Source of the DNA: Schizochytrium sp. TIO01
Taxonomy: Eukaryota; Protista; Bigyra: Labyrinthulomycetes
Assembly (NCBI GenBank): GCA_004764695.1
Contig: SMSO01000032.1
Coordinates: 5,178,483-5,242,482 of the forward strand
Direction: 5' to 3'
Length of the DNA stretch: 64,000 nucleotides
Each line of letters opens with the position of its first letter. Position 1 is the stretch's first letter. Positions 63,109-64,000 of the stretch are shown piece by piece. The notes below the pieces were generated by a model. That model searched no databases, was not told the origin of the DNA, and worked only from the letters and a program-made list of their open reading frames with translations. Position numbers and translations under genes: made by a program.

Positions 63109-64000
63109 CTACGCAGATACTGTGTGGTATTGCTGCATGCAAAAAGATAAAAATGCGCGCAGCTGAAGGTCTTCGTTTGCTCCATCCTCAATTGCTTTGT
63201 CCACTTCACCAAGTCTCACCATAATGTTCGCCTTCTTGTCATCTGTAAAGCTCTCATCAGTCGTGTCTAGCAAGCGCTCTTGGAAACGACGAATCAACGC
63301 ACTAAGAGCAAAACCCTCTGCCTGGAGTTCATCCGCGCAGGTGACAACATCAGCAAAACGCTTAGACTGAATGGCAGACCAAATTTTGTCCATGAACTCC
63401 TCCGGTGGAACGCCGGCAGTTTCTACAATGCTCTCTACGGTAATGCGGCCTTGGTTGTACTCTGATGAACTCTGCAAAAGAGTAATTCCCGAACGCATAT
63501 CACCCTTTGAAACATCGACGAGGGCTTCCATGGCTTCATCCTCAACAGTGAGCTGCTCCGCTGCAGCCACCTCACGAATCTTTGCCGTAAATGACTCCTT
63601 AGAGAGTGGCTGGAATCGGAACTTTGCGCAACGAGAGGCCAGTGGCTCGATAATGCGACTCACGTAGTTACAAATAAGACAAAAACGCGTCACGCGGGTA
63701 TACAATTCCATGGTCCGACGCAGTGCGCTCTGAGCATCTTCTGACATTGAGTCAGCTTCATCAAGAATGATAAGCTTGAAGGGAGGTAGCTTCTTTCCGT
63801 TCAGGGTCGCAGTTCCCACAGAAGTCGAAGCAAAACCTTTCACCTTCTCGCGAACTACCGAAATACCACGCTCATCAGAAGCGTTAAGCTCAAGCACGCG
63901 TTTTTTGTACTCAACAGGACCAAAGATTTGCTTGGCCACTGCCAGAATTGTAGATGTCTTACCAGTTCCAGGGGGTCCATAGAAGAGCAAATGAGGAAGT
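63109..64000 (-). CDS. RFC4: Replication factor C small subunit (human RFC4 / yeast Rfc2 type), 5' part outside window
   Basis: PHLLFYGPPGTGKTST (Walker A), ELNASDERGI, PPFKLIILDEADSM (Walker B), DAQSALRRTME and SRCAKFRF. Confidence 0.93.
   Translation of the reverse strand, partial: LPHLLFYGPPGTGKTSTILAVAKQIFGPVEYKKRVLELNASDERGISVVREKVKGFASTSVGTATLNGKKLPPFKLIILDEADSMSEDAQSALRRTMELYTRVTRFCLICNYVSRIIEPLASRCAKFRFQPLSKESFTAKIREVAAAEQLTVEDEAMEALVDVSKGDMRSGITLLQSSSEYNQGRITVESIVETAGVPPEEFMDKIWSAIQSKRFADVVTCADELQAEGFALSALIRRFQERLLDTTDESFTDDKKANIMVRLGEVDKAIEDGANEDLQLRAFLSFCMQQYHTVSA

Overview
Eukaryotic genomic DNA. It has GT-AG introns with (T/C/G)ACT(A/G)AC branch points, long microsatellite-rich intergenic tracts and a eukaryotic RFC subunit; the overall style suggests a stramenopile protist such as a thraustochytrid (inference only). 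The dominant feature is a dispersed array of four co-oriented paralogous genes at about 7.6, 28.2, 35.7 and 44.8 kb. The ORF track splits each in two, but each rejoins through one phase-2 intron at the same position. They encode secreted proteins built as signal peptide - two PAN/Apple-like Cys domains - Pro/Thr stalk of very different length (335, 142, 31 and 103 aa) - vWA domain with an intact MIDAS. The paralogs show patchwork sequence sharing, independent repeat expansions and a variable Cys-bounded loop next to the MIDAS, consistent with a diversifying adhesin or matrix family. Other genes: an LCM-family SAM methyltransferase, an MFS transporter with an extra Cys-rich N-terminal domain, a two-repeat Cys/His-rich GPI-type protein, a DUF179/YqgE protein, an FCP1/NIF-like HAD protein, a multi-exon coiled-coil/NPITG protein and a partial RFC small subunit. 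A GCAAAACCAAAAC motif recurs just upstream of several start codons, and several decayed gene or transposon fragments lie in the intergenic DNA. All family calls are by eye from motifs; no searches were run.
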